Translations under genes and position numbers: made by a program
Notes under the pieces: model-generated
The model's input: the letters and a program-made list of their open reading frames with translations, nothing else
What the model was told of the DNA's origin: nothing
Databases searched by the model: none
Shown here: positions 29,621 through 38,556 of the stretch, in pieces
Numbering within the stretch: position 1 is the stretch's first letter
How the letters are laid out: every line of letters begins with the position of its first letter
From: Alphaproteobacteria bacterium
Lineage (GTDB): Bacteria; Pseudomonadota; Alphaproteobacteria; GCA-2731375
Direction: 5' to 3'
Assembly: GCA_965232515.1 (NCBI GenBank)
Contig: CBDDPY010000002.1
Coordinates: 2,304,001-2,368,000, forward strand
DNA: 64,000 nt

Positions 29621-30657
29621 CCTGAGTTCACAAACGAAGTGCAACACCTTGTGTTGGAGGTGTTGCGATGGGATCCGATTACGCCCAGTTGTCACTGGAA
29701 GAGCGGTGTGAGATTTCCCGCCTTCAAACCGCCGGCCGCTCGATCCGGCAAATCGCGGCAGCTCTGGATCGCGCGCCATCAACAGTCTCTCGCGAACTGA
29801 AACGCAACAGCGGCCGACAGGTCGGCTACAAGCCAGCCTATGCCCAGCAGCAGGCCCGCGCCCGGCGCTGGTCCGGGCCCCGCCTGCAACGCGATCCGAG
29901 CTTGCGCGACCGCGTCCTCGACGGCCTCAAACGCGGCTGGTCGCCGGAACAGGTCGCCGGCCGGCTCGCCCACACCGCCGGCCAACACGTCATCTCGCAT
30001 GAAAGCATCTACCGCTTCGTCTATGCCCAGCTCGCCCGCACCCAGGACTTCCGCTGGCGCCTGCTGCTGCCGCGCGGCAAAAGCAAACGCGGCTGGCGCG
30101 GCCGCAGGGGCGGCAGCCCGGCCAGCTTCATCGCCGGCCGCGTGCCCATCGCCGATCGCCCGGCCGACGTCGACGACCGCACAACCCCGGGACACTGGGA
30201 AGCCGACCTCATGCTGTTCGCGACCTACGGCCAGGCCATCCTCGTCTGCCATGAACGTCTCTCCCGCATCCTCCTCGCCACCCGGCCACCGGGTAAGGCC
30301 GCACAGCCCATCGCAGACCACCTGCACGCCCTGTTCGCCGACCTGCCGCCCGACCTGCGCCAGACCGTCACCTTCGACAACGGCACCGAATTCGCCCGCC
30401 ACACCGAACTCCAGCACATCGACATGCAAACCTACTTCTGCGACCCCCATGCCCCCTGGCAGAAGGGCGGCATCGAAAACGCCATCGGCCGCTTCCGACG
30501 CTTCATCCCCCGAAAGACAAACCTCGACGAGCTCAACCGCCGGCGCCTGCACCAATACCTGCGCGCCTACAACACCACGCCGCGGAAATGCCTTGACTAC
30601 AGAACCCCAGCCGAGGTCTTCATCGAACACCTGTTGCACTTCGAATGTGAATCCACC
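29621..30657 (+). mobile_element. IS30-family insertion sequence
   Basis: Imperfect IRs TGAGTTCACAAACGAAGTGCAACA (29623-29646) and TGTTGCACTTCGAATGTGAATCCA (30632-30655), 20 of 24 matching; TCC (or CC) duplication; ends uncertain by 2 bp. Confidence 0.85.
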
Positions 30658-30678
30658 TCCTGGCCTTCGCCAGGATGA
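29668..30678 (+). CDS. IS30-family DDE transposase
   Basis: SIRQIAAAL.RAPSTVSRELKRN HTH; GHWEAD, TFDNGTEF, PWQKGGIEN. Confidence 0.95.
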   Translation: MGSDYAQLSLEERCEISRLQTAGRSIRQIAAALDRAPSTVSRELKRNSGRQVGYKPAYAQQQARARRWSGPRLQRDPSLRDRVLDGLKRGWSPEQVAGRLAHTAGQHVISHESIYRFVYAQLARTQDFRWRLLLPRGKSKRGWRGRRGGSPASFIAGRVPIADRPADVDDRTTPGHWEADLMLFATYGQAILVCHERLSRILLATRPPGKAAQPIADHLHALFADLPPDLRQTVTFDNGTEFARHTELQHIDMQTYFCDPHAPWQKGGIENAIGRFRRFIPRKTNLDELNRRRLHQYLRAYNTTPRKCLDYRTPAEVFIEHLLHFECESTSWPSPG

Positions 30679-30679
30679 C
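30658..30679. repeat. REP-like doublet, right part
   Basis: TCCTGGC-CTTC-GCCAGGA-TGAC hairpin; the terminal ATGAC complements the left-part GTCAT. Confidence 0.65.
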
Positions 30680-30702
30680 CTAGAGTGCCCGTGAAAGGCG
30701 GA

Positions 30703-31476
30703 TCAGGAGCCGAAGGCGGTGTAGATGGTGTGGGCGACCTGCTCCATGCGGTCGCGGCCGATCTCACCGATCACGGCGAAGGCGAGCGAGCCGTGCAGCC
30801 AGTAGTGCGCGGTCAGGCCGTCCTGCTCGACGATGCGGAACGCCGTCTCGCGGTTGTCCGGATTGATCCGGATGTAGAGCGTCAGGCGTTCGCCGCCGTC
30901 GGTCTCGTACATGAACTGGCAGGCAGGCAGGTTGTCGGCGTGCAGCAGGCGGCCGCCGACCAGCTTGAATCCATAAGCCGACAGATCGGGCGCCTGGATC
31001 TGCCGGCCCATGCGCTTCGACAGCCAGGTCACCAGATGCTGCTGCTGGCTGGCGTCGACCTCGACCGGATGCCGGACTTCGACGGTATAGACCTTGTGCG
31101 CCGACACACCTTCGCTGGCCAGCGCCCGCAAGGTCGGCATGCGCGGGAACACGGCCTCGTTGGCGAACCAGCCGCCGCCAAAGCCGACGCCGGTCAGCAC
31201 CAGCGCCGCCGCCGCCCGGCCCAGCCAGACCGTCGCGCCGCGCCGGCTCATACCAACGACATCCGGCGTCAAGCGCGGCGGCACCGGCTCGCCCAGCACC
31301 GGATCGAACAGCGCCGACAAGCCCTCCTTCTGTTGCCGGTAGGCCTCGACCCGCGCCGCATCGTCGGGGTTCGCCGCCAGCCACGCCTCGACCTCCGCCA
31401 GTCGCGCCGGCGTTAGAACGCCGTCGACGAAGGCGTGCAGATCGTCGTCCGTGATCCGCTGGGTCTCAGCCGTCAT
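30703..31476 (-). CDS. Transmembrane anti-sigma factor
   Basis: DLHAFVDGVL, one TM segment, RHPVEV...HLVTWLSKR, LVGGRLL; ATGA-coupled to the sigma gene. Confidence 0.88.
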   Translation of the reverse strand: MTAETQRITDDDLHAFVDGVLTPARLAEVEAWLAANPDDAARVEAYRQQKEGLSALFDPVLGEPVPPRLTPDVVGMSRRGATVWLGRAAAALVLTGVGFGGGWFANEAVFPRMPTLRALASEGVSAHKVYTVEVRHPVEVDASQQQHLVTWLSKRMGRQIQAPDLSAYGFKLVGGRLLHADNLPACQFMYETDGGERLTLYIRINPDNRETAFRIVEQDGLTAHYWLHGSLAFAVIGEIGRDRMEQVAHTIYTAFGS

Positions 31477-31985
31477 TTCACTCTCCGCAACACCGGGCCC
31501 TCCTCGCCCGCCATCAGCCGTCGCAACCGTTCCCGCCCCCGCGCCAACCGCGAGGTCACCGTGCCCCGCGGCACACCGAGGATGCCGGCGGCCTCGTCGT
31601 AGCTGAAACCTTCGAGGCCGATCAGCAGCACCACCGCCCGCTGGTCGTCCGCCAATTCGGCCAGCGCGCCGGCCAGCTCTTGCAGCAGCAGGCCGCTGCC
31701 CTGGGTCGGCGCGGTCGCCGTATAGTCCGCGTCGTCCTGCAGCGCCACCGGCGTCGGTCGCCTTGCCGCCTTGCGCCGCTGGCTGATGAACTGGTTGTGC
31801 ATGATCGTGAACAGCCAGGGGCGCAGGTCCCGATCCGACCGCCAAAGATGCCAGCGGCTGAGCGCCCGCTCGATACAGTCATGCACCAGATCGTCGGCGT
31901 CGCCGCGCGCGCCCACTAGCGCCCGCGCGTAGCGCCGCAGGCTGGGGATCTGCTCCTCGATCAGGCGTGCGCGGTCGGACGTCAC
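31473..31985 (-). CDS. ECF RNA polymerase sigma factor
   Basis: IPSLRRYARAL, ADDLVHDC, WLFTIMHN, GFSYDEAA..LGVPRGTVTSRLARGR. Confidence 0.92.
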   Translation of the reverse strand: MTSDRARLIEEQIPSLRRYARALVGARGDADDLVHDCIERALSRWHLWRSDRDLRPWLFTIMHNQFISQRRKAARRPTPVALQDDADYTATAPTQGSGLLLQELAGALAELADDQRAVVLLIGLEGFSYDEAAGILGVPRGTVTSRLARGRERLRRLMAGEEGPVLRRVK

Positions 31986-32479
31986 GACGCGGCTATGTTT
32001 CCTTCTCGGTGGCTTGGCGGAACCACTTCTACGGCCATATACGCCTGCCCGCCGAACTTATTCCCGAGCGAAAAGGTTAACGGCACGCTCAAGAGATGTG
32101 CCGGACAGCGACGGCAATCGGAACTGCCGAAGCCCGCCAGCGGCACGGCGGCGCCCATACAGCTCGAGACCACAGCAAACAGACCGCACTCATTGCCGCC
32201 CGGAATGACCGCCACCTCGCCGATCCGTCCTGCGGCGGTCAATTGGTCGACATGCCAGCGGATCGGCTTGTCATGACGCAGGTGCCGTCCCACGCGGGCA
32301 CGCAATCCACCGGGTCCATAGGCACTGCCGCAATAGACATAGCGGCCGGGCGGCAAGACGGCGGACCGTCGTCGGCCGAACCGAAGCGGCAACGCGGTCG
32401 CCAGATCGACCGTCAGCAGATAGGCGCCGACGGCCGTCGGCAAGGACTCAACGCAAAGCGGATGCGTCAGCTCGTCCAC
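31982..32479 (-). CDS. GIY-YIG/Uri superfamily nuclease (DUF123-like)
   Basis: GAYLL, GRYVYCGSAYGPGGLRARVGRH, RWHVD, EC, GFGSSDCRRCPAHL. Confidence 0.8.
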   Translation of the reverse strand: MDELTHPLCVESLPTAVGAYLLTVDLATALPLRFGRRRSAVLPPGRYVYCGSAYGPGGLRARVGRHLRHDKPIRWHVDQLTAAGRIGEVAVIPGGNECGLFAVVSSCMGAAVPLAGFGSSDCRRCPAHLLSVPLTFSLGNKFGGQAYMAVEVVPPSHREGNIAAS

Positions 32480-32859
32480 GTCTTGCAGGGCGGCGATTTG
32501 ATCTCGATCTGCACACAGTCCTCCAGCGCCTCGCTGTAGTGCACGACGCCGGGGTCGTGCCGCCAGACCGAGCCGGGCTCGGCGACGAACTCTTCGTCGC
32601 CGATCTGCATGCGCAGGCGGCCGCTCAGCAGCGTCGCCACCGAGACATGATCGTCATGCCGGTGCGCCGGATCGATCAGGCCCTTCTTGCGCCAGGCCTT
32701 CAGGACAACGAAATCGTCCGTGACCATCAGCACCTTCAGGCTGAGCTCGCCCTGCTCCTTGGCGCCCTCGACGGCGGTAATACGCTCTTCCGCAATATCG
32801 CCGTCCTGACGGAAGATCTCCGCCATCGCCTGCATCATGCGTTCGTCGACCTGGGCCAT
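32467..32859 (-). CDS. Cupin domain protein
   Basis: HRHDDH...LLSGR...PGSVWRH.PGVVH. Confidence 0.75.
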   Translation of the reverse strand: MAQVDERMMQAMAEIFRQDGDIAEERITAVEGAKEQGELSLKVLMVTDDFVVLKAWRKKGLIDPAHRHDDHVSVATLLSGRLRMQIGDEEFVAEPGSVWRHDPGVVHYSEALEDCVQIEIKSPPCKTWTS

Positions 32860-32891
32860 CCGTCCCTCCCGTGACTGGCTAGGCTACTATC

Positions 32892-33443
32892 TTAACCGCA
32901 AAGGAAGTCCGGCCAGCAGGGGAATGAGCCATAGAGCCCGTAGGCGATCGTCTTCCAGGAGATCAGGCCGTACCAGGTCAGGAAATAGGCCAGCAGAACC
33001 GCCCCCGCGACGGCCGAGGCGACGATATAGCGCGGCCGGCCGGCATTCGTCGCGATCGCCTCGGGCGAGATGTCGGCCGTGACCTGGTTCCGGGCGATGC
33101 CGGAGACGCAGATGCCGCCGGGCAAGGCGCGCCTGGCCAGCGAGACGGCGTAGGCCAGATCCGCACCGCCGACGCGATGGTTTTCGATGCTCAGTTCGCC
33201 CAGATTGATGCCGATCTTGGGACCGGCGCCGGCCCGCCGTTGCGCCGCCACCGCGCAATTGACGGCATCGACGACGCCATCGAACTCGGCCAGCAGCCGG
33301 GCTTGCCCGCTGGCCACGACATGGCCGCCGAAACGATCGATCAGCGGTTCGAAGCAGTCATGGCGCCAGGACATGAGCGTAGCGTCATCCCGATCCTCGG
33401 CGACCAGGATCGCCGTCAACGTCATTTCGTCGATATCCGCCAT
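32892..33443 (-). CDS. Degenerate class III adenylate/guanylate cyclase-like domain with a C-terminal TM helix
   Basis: FGGHVV, EFDGVVDAVNCAV, IGINLGE and PGGICVSG match the cyclase scaffold; catalytic residues are missing. Confidence 0.65.
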   Translation of the reverse strand: MADIDEMTLTAILVAEDRDDATLMSWRHDCFEPLIDRFGGHVVASGQARLLAEFDGVVDAVNCAVAAQRRAGAGPKIGINLGELSIENHRVGGADLAYAVSLARRALPGGICVSGIARNQVTADISPEAIATNAGRPRYIVASAVAGAVLLAYFLTWYGLISWKTIAYGLYGSFPCWPDFLCG

Positions 33444-33481
33444 CGCCCCAAAGACTAGAGCGGGCCGGAACCCGCCGCAAC

Positions 33482-35296
33482 TCAGCCGGCGCGGCGGGCG
33501 CGCTTGCGTTCGTGGGTGTCGAGCAGGCGCTTGCGCAGGCGGATGTGGTTGGGCGTGACCTCGACCAGCTCGTCGTCGGCGAGGTAAGCGATGGCCTGCT
33601 CCAGGCTCATGCGGCGGGGCGGCGTCAGGCGTACGGCGTCGTCCTTGCCGGCGGCACGGATGTTGGTCAGCTGCTTCGCCTTCAGCGGATTGACCTCGAG
33701 ATCCGAGCCGCGGGCGTGCTCGCCGATGATCATGCCGGCATAGACCTGACTGCCGGGATCGATGAACAGCGCGCCGCGCTCCTCCAGGTTCCAGAGCGCG
33801 TACGGCACCGCGGCGCCATCGGAGTTGGCGATCAGGACGCCAGTGCGGCGGCCCGCGACCGGGCCCTTGTGCGGCGCGTAGCTGTGGAACACCCGGTGCA
33901 TCACGCCGGTGCCGCGGGTGTCGGTCAGAAACTCGCCGTGATAGCCGATCAGGCCGCGCGACGGCGCCAGGAAGGTGACGCGGGTCTTGCCGCCGCCGGA
34001 CGGCCGCATGTCGGTCATCTCGGCCCGGCGCTGGCCCAGCTTCTCGACCACGGCGCCGGCGAACTCGTCGTCGACGTCGACCTGCACCTCCTCGATGGGC
34101 TCGAGCTGCTGACCGGTGTCGGGATCGGCCCGGAACAGCACGCGCGGCCGGCTGATGGACAATTCGAAGCCCTCGCGGCGCATGGTTTCGATCAGCACGC
34201 CGAGCTGCAGTTCGCCGCGGCCGGCGACCTCGAAAGCGTCGCCCTCGGCGCTGTCGGTGACGCGGATCGCCACGTTGCCCTCGGCCTCGCGCATCAGCCG
34301 CGACCGAATTACACGGCTCGTCACCTTGTCGCCGTCGCGGCCGGCGAGCGGCGAGTCGTTGATAGCGAAGGTCATGGCCAGCGTCGGCGGGTCGACCGGC
34401 GCCGCGTCGAGCCGGCGCGGATGGGCCGGATCGCAGAGCGTGTCCGCCACCGTGGCCGTCGCCATGCCGGCAATGGCGATGATGTCGCCGGCCTCGGCCT
34501 TGCTCACCGGCACCCGTTCGAGGCCGCGGAATGACAGCAGTTTGGTGATGCGGGTGGTCTCGCTGACGGTGCCGCTGGGGTCGAGCGCCGCGACCGTGTC
34601 GTTCTGGCGGATAACGCCGCTCTCGACCCGGCCGGTCAGCACCCGGCCGAGATAGGGATCGTAGTCGAGCAGCGTCGCCAGCATGGCGAACGGCGCATCG
34701 TGCTCGACGGCGGGCGGCGGCACGTGCGCGACGATCATGTCGAACAGGGCCGACAGGTCATTAGCCGGTGTCGCCGGATCGGTCGAGGCCCAGCCGTCGC
34801 GCGCCGAGGCGAAGGCGGTCGGAAAGTCGAGCTGCTCGTCGCTGGCATCCAAAAGCGCGAACAGATCGAAGACCTCGTCATGCACCTGGTGCGGCCGGCC
34901 GTCGGCGCGGTCGACCTTGTTGACAACGACGATCGGCTTCAGGCCCAAGGCCAGTGCTTTGCCCGTGACGAATTTGGTCTGCGGCATCGGGCCCTCGGCC
35001 GCATCGACCAGCAGCACGACGCCGTCGACCATCTTCAGGACCCGCTCGACCTCGCCGCCGAAATCGGCGTGGCCGGGCGTATCGACAATGTTGATCCGGG
35101 CGCCGCGCCAGTCGACCGACGTGCATTTCGCCAGGATGGTGATGCCACGCTCGCGCTCCAGATCGTTATAGTCCATCGCCCGCTCGGCCACCTGCTGGTT
35201 GGCGCGAAAGGTGCCGGACTGCCGGAACATGGCGTCGACCAGCGTGGTCTTACCGTGATCGACATGGGCGATGATGGCGACGTTGCGCAGGTTCAT
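33482..35296 (-). CDS. typA: Translational GTPase TypA/BipA
   Basis: [49 protein letters not shown]. Confidence 0.97.
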   Translation of the reverse strand: MNLRNVAIIAHVDHGKTTLVDAMFRQSGTFRANQQVAERAMDYNDLERERGITILAKCTSVDWRGARINIVDTPGHADFGGEVERVLKMVDGVVLLVDAAEGPMPQTKFVTGKALALGLKPIVVVNKVDRADGRPHQVHDEVFDLFALLDASDEQLDFPTAFASARDGWASTDPATPANDLSALFDMIVAHVPPPAVEHDAPFAMLATLLDYDPYLGRVLTGRVESGVIRQNDTVAALDPSGTVSETTRITKLLSFRGLERVPVSKAEAGDIIAIAGMATATVADTLCDPAHPRRLDAAPVDPPTLAMTFAINDSPLAGRDGDKVTSRVIRSRLMREAEGNVAIRVTDSAEGDAFEVAGRGELQLGVLIETMRREGFELSISRPRVLFRADPDTGQQLEPIEEVQVDVDDEFAGAVVEKLGQRRAEMTDMRPSGGGKTRVTFLAPSRGLIGYHGEFLTDTRGTGVMHRVFHSYAPHKGPVAGRRTGVLIANSDGAAVPYALWNLEERGALFIDPGSQVYAGMIIGEHARGSDLEVNPLKAKQLTNIRAAGKDDAVRLTPPRRMSLEQAIAYLADDELVEVTPNHIRLRKRLLDTHERKRARRAG

Positions 35297-35454
35297 GGCT
35301 TCGGGTACACCGGAATATCTTTGTCGTGAATGCGAGACTTAAGCTGGGCCGCTCTGGCCGCCAGCGAAATTGTGCAGCGCAGCAATACACCCCCTTCCTG
35401 CCGACGTCCAGCGTGCAGACGACGGCGCCTCACTATCGGTACAAGCCCTTGACA

Positions 35455-35922
35455 ATGTCTGACGATCTGCCGCCCGGCTATCACCCTTTGAACCTGCACG
35501 GCCGCTTCTATGAAAGCGCCGGCCCGCTCTATGCGCGGGTAATGCGAGGGAAATTCAACCTGGCCTTCCGGGTCGCGGAAAAGCACACGAACGCGGCCGA
35601 TATCGCCCACGGCGGCATGCTGGCGACGCTGGCGGACCTGCAGATCGGCATCGGCGCCTGCGTGCAGGCCGACATCAACGGCTTCGTGCCGACGGTCAGC
35701 CTGAGCTGTGACTATCTGGCGCCGGTGCCGCTGGGCCGTTTCGTCGAGGGACAGTGCGAGGTCGCGCGGCGGACCCGCTCACTGGTCTTCATGGAGGCGC
35801 ATCTGATCTCGGACGGCGAGACCGTGGTCCGCGCCAACGGCATCATCAAGATCCCCCGCGACCCGACCCGGATCAACTTGCAGGACATTCTGCCGCCGCC
35901 CTACGATCCGGACGGCAGTTAG
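35455..35922 (+). CDS. PaaI-family thioesterase
   Basis: HTN...AHGGMLATLAD, TVSLSCDYL. Confidence 0.85.
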   Translation: MSDDLPPGYHPLNLHGRFYESAGPLYARVMRGKFNLAFRVAEKHTNAADIAHGGMLATLADLQIGIGACVQADINGFVPTVSLSCDYLAPVPLGRFVEGQCEVARRTRSLVFMEAHLISDGETVVRANGIIKIPRDPTRINLQDILPPPYDPDGS

Positions 35923-35938
35923 CGCCAGGCGGCGCTAA

Positions 35939-36023
35939 GCTCGACCCGTCCCGCTCCCCCACCCGACCACCCATTGAGCATACTTCCGTGGGTGGTCGGG
36001 TGGGGGAGCGGGACGGGTCGAGC
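35939..36023. repeat. Perfect 35-bp inverted repeat with a 15-nt loop
   Basis: GCTCGACCCGTCCCGCTCCCCCACCCGACCACCCA (35939-35973) and its exact reverse complement (35989-36023). Confidence 0.9.
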
Positions 36024-36056
36024 CCGGCCTTTATGGCCGATGGCATAAGGAGCAGG

Positions 36057-36383
36057 ATGATGGCGACCAACGATGGCGAGATGCTGCTGACGGTGTTCCT
36101 GAAGCACGATCAGAGCAAGACTCTGGCGGAAATCAACGCGCATCACGAACAGACCGGTTTCTGGAAGAAGTTCCCGCCGGACGGCATCGAGGTCGTGTCC
36201 TGGTACGTGATGATGGGCATCGGCCAGGTTGTCACCCTGAAGCTGCCCGGTCATCGCCTGCGCGACGTCAACCTGGCGCTTGAGCAGAGCGCCTGGGGCG
36301 GCTTCTCGACCGAGTTCTACCCGACATACGATTTCCAACCGGTCTGGGAAGGCATCAAGGCCCGGCAGGCCGGCGACGACTAG
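36057..36383 (+). CDS. Hypothetical protein
   Basis: AGGAG RBS, typical codon usage, globular sequence LTVFLKHDQS...VVSWYVMMGIGQ. Confidence 0.75.
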   Translation: MMATNDGEMLLTVFLKHDQSKTLAEINAHHEQTGFWKKFPPDGIEVVSWYVMMGIGQVVTLKLPGHRLRDVNLALEQSAWGGFSTEFYPTYDFQPVWEGIKARQAGDD

Positions 36384-36388
36384 AGCCC

Positions 36389-36763
36389 ATGCGGGCCGCG
36401 GGCGCGGCCGTCCTGCTCGCAGTTATCGTCGTCACTGCGAGCGAGGCGGATGAGCGGTTTCTCGAAGGGTCCGAAATCCGATCCCTGATCGTCGGCGAGG
36501 TCACCACCGGCTTCAGCGACCGCGGCCGTTTCTGGACCGAATGGCATGCCGACGGCAGCTATTGCCATCGCCTGCTGGTCAACGATCCCGACCTGCCCTG
36601 CTTTGCCAGGGGCCGCTGGTGGATCGACGGCGACCTGCGCTGCGCCAGGCCGACCACCGCTACATGGCAGTATTGCCGCCGCATTCAGCGCACCGGTCCG
36701 AACGCCTATCGCTCGTTCACATCGGATGGCGCGCTGACCGAAACCTGGTCGGTGACGCGTTGA
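36389..36763 (+). CDS. Hypothetical secreted protein, Trp/Cys-rich
   Basis: Signal peptide; four Cys; GRWWIDGDLRC. Confidence 0.55.
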   Translation: MRAAGAAVLLAVIVVTASEADERFLEGSEIRSLIVGEVTTGFSDRGRFWTEWHADGSYCHRLLVNDPDLPCFARGRWWIDGDLRCARPTTATWQYCRRIQRTGPNAYRSFTSDGALTETWSVTR

Positions 36764-36765
36764 TC

Positions 36766-38556
36766 TCAGTCTCGGCCAAGGTCGCTTGCTTTGGCCGCAT
36801 TGTACCACCAAGTTTCCGGGCGGAAGCCGTAGAGGGGCGGCGCGGCGGGATAGCCGAACTTGTTCCAGTGGGCGACGCGGTCCGAGGTCAAATGGTAGAG
36901 CGGCACGACGTAGTCGCCCCAGAGCAGGACGCGGTCGAGGGCGCGGACGGCGGCAACCAGGCCGTCGCGGTCAGGGGCGGCGGTGATGGCGGCGATCAGG
37001 GCGTCGACGGCGGGTTGGCGGATGCCGGGATAGTTGCGGGTGCCGTCGGCCGCGGCCGAGGCGCTGCTCCAGTAAAACGCCTGCTCGTTGCCTGGCGACA
37101 GCGACTGGCCCCAGGTGTTGATGATCATGTCGAAATCGTAGGTGGCGAGCCGCTCCTGATACTGCGCCGTATCGACGGTGCGGATCTCGACCTCGACACC
37201 GAGCCGCTCGAGGTTGCGGGCGAAGGCCAGCGCCAGACGCTCGTCCTCGCGCCGCGCCAGCATGATCTCGAACCGCATGGCCGTGCCGGTCGCGCGATTG
37301 ACGAGGCGGAGGTCACGGATGTCCCAGCCGGCGGCGGCCAGGTCCCGGCGCGCGTCGCGCAACGCGCCACGCAAGCCACGCGGATTGGCGCCGGGCGGGA
37401 AATAGGCTTGCTCGTACAGCGCCGACGGCAGGGTTTTGCGGAACGGCGCCAGCAACGGCAGCTCGGCCGGCGACGGCGGTCCTTTGGCGGCGAGCTCGGA
37501 GTTGTCGAAATAGCTGGCCGTGCGGGCATAGGCGTCATGGAAGTAGGTGCGGTTGACCCAGGCGAAATCGAAGGCCTGGCCGAGCGCGCGGCGGACGCGC
37601 CGGTCGGCGAAGATCGGCCGCCGGGTGTTGAAGACCAGGCCGTACATGCCGGACGGCCGGCTATGCGGACGTTCCGTCCGCACGACATCGCCGCGCGCGG
37701 CGGCCGGGAAGTCGTAGCCGATGGCCCAGCGCTGCGGGTCCGGCTCGGCGCGCAGATCGACCCGGCCGGCCTTGAAGGCTTCGAACGCGGCCGAGGCGTC
37801 GCGGTAATAGTCGTAGCGGATACGGTCGAAATTGTGCTGTCCGCGCGCCGCCGGCAGGGTCTCGGACCAGTGACCGGCGATGCGGCGATAGGTGATGCTG
37901 CGGCCGGGATCGACGGAATCGATCCGGTAGGGTCCGGTGCCGACGATCGGATCGTAGGTGGTGGCGTCGAAGCGCCGGCGCTGCCAGGAAGCCTTGGACA
38001 GAATGGGCATCAAGCCCAGGATCAGCGGCAGCTCGCGATTGCCGCCGGGCCGGAATACGAAGGTCACGGTGCGAGACCCTTCGCGTACCACCTCCTCGAC
38101 CTCCCGGTAATAGAAGCGATGGTTCGGACGGCCGCTGTGGCGCAGGGTTTCGAGCGAGAACACGACATCGTCGACTATGACCGGGCTGCCGTCGTGGAAG
38201 CGCGCGCTCGGCCGCAGGGCGAAGGTGACCGAACCGCGGTCGTCCGGCATGGAAACGCTTTCGGCCAGCAGCGCATAGAGCGTGAACGGCTCGTCCCAGC
38301 TCCGCCGCAGCAAGCTCTGATAGGTCCGGCCCAAACCGTCCGCCGCCACGCCCTTGACGGTGAAGGGGTTCAGACTGTCGAAGCTGCCGACCCGCGACAG
38401 CACCAGATCGCCGCCCTTCGGCGCGTCCGGATTGACGTAGCCGAAATGCGTGTAGTCGGGTCCGTGCTTCGGCGCGCCATGCATGGCGATGGCGTGATCG
38501 GCCGCGGGCGCGGCCGTCGGCGCGACAAGCAGGAGGGTTGCCAGCAACCTTCTCAT
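36766..38556 (-). CDS. Peptide ABC substrate-binding protein (YejA-like)
   Basis: HAIAMHG.PK, YVNPDAPKGG, SFDSLNPF, SLSPGNEQ. Confidence 0.88.
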   Translation of the reverse strand: MRRLLATLLLVAPTAAPAADHAIAMHGAPKHGPDYTHFGYVNPDAPKGGDLVLSRVGSFDSLNPFTVKGVAADGLGRTYQSLLRRSWDEPFTLYALLAESVSMPDDRGSVTFALRPSARFHDGSPVIVDDVVFSLETLRHSGRPNHRFYYREVEEVVREGSRTVTFVFRPGGNRELPLILGLMPILSKASWQRRRFDATTYDPIVGTGPYRIDSVDPGRSITYRRIAGHWSETLPAARGQHNFDRIRYDYYRDASAAFEAFKAGRVDLRAEPDPQRWAIGYDFPAAARGDVVRTERPHSRPSGMYGLVFNTRRPIFADRRVRRALGQAFDFAWVNRTYFHDAYARTASYFDNSELAAKGPPSPAELPLLAPFRKTLPSALYEQAYFPPGANPRGLRGALRDARRDLAAAGWDIRDLRLVNRATGTAMRFEIMLARREDERLALAFARNLERLGVEVEIRTVDTAQYQERLATYDFDMIINTWGQSLSPGNEQAFYWSSASAAADGTRNYPGIRQPAVDALIAAITAAPDRDGLVAAVRALDRVLLWGDYVVPLYHLTSDRVAHWNKFGYPAAPPLYGFRPETWWYNAAKASDLGRD

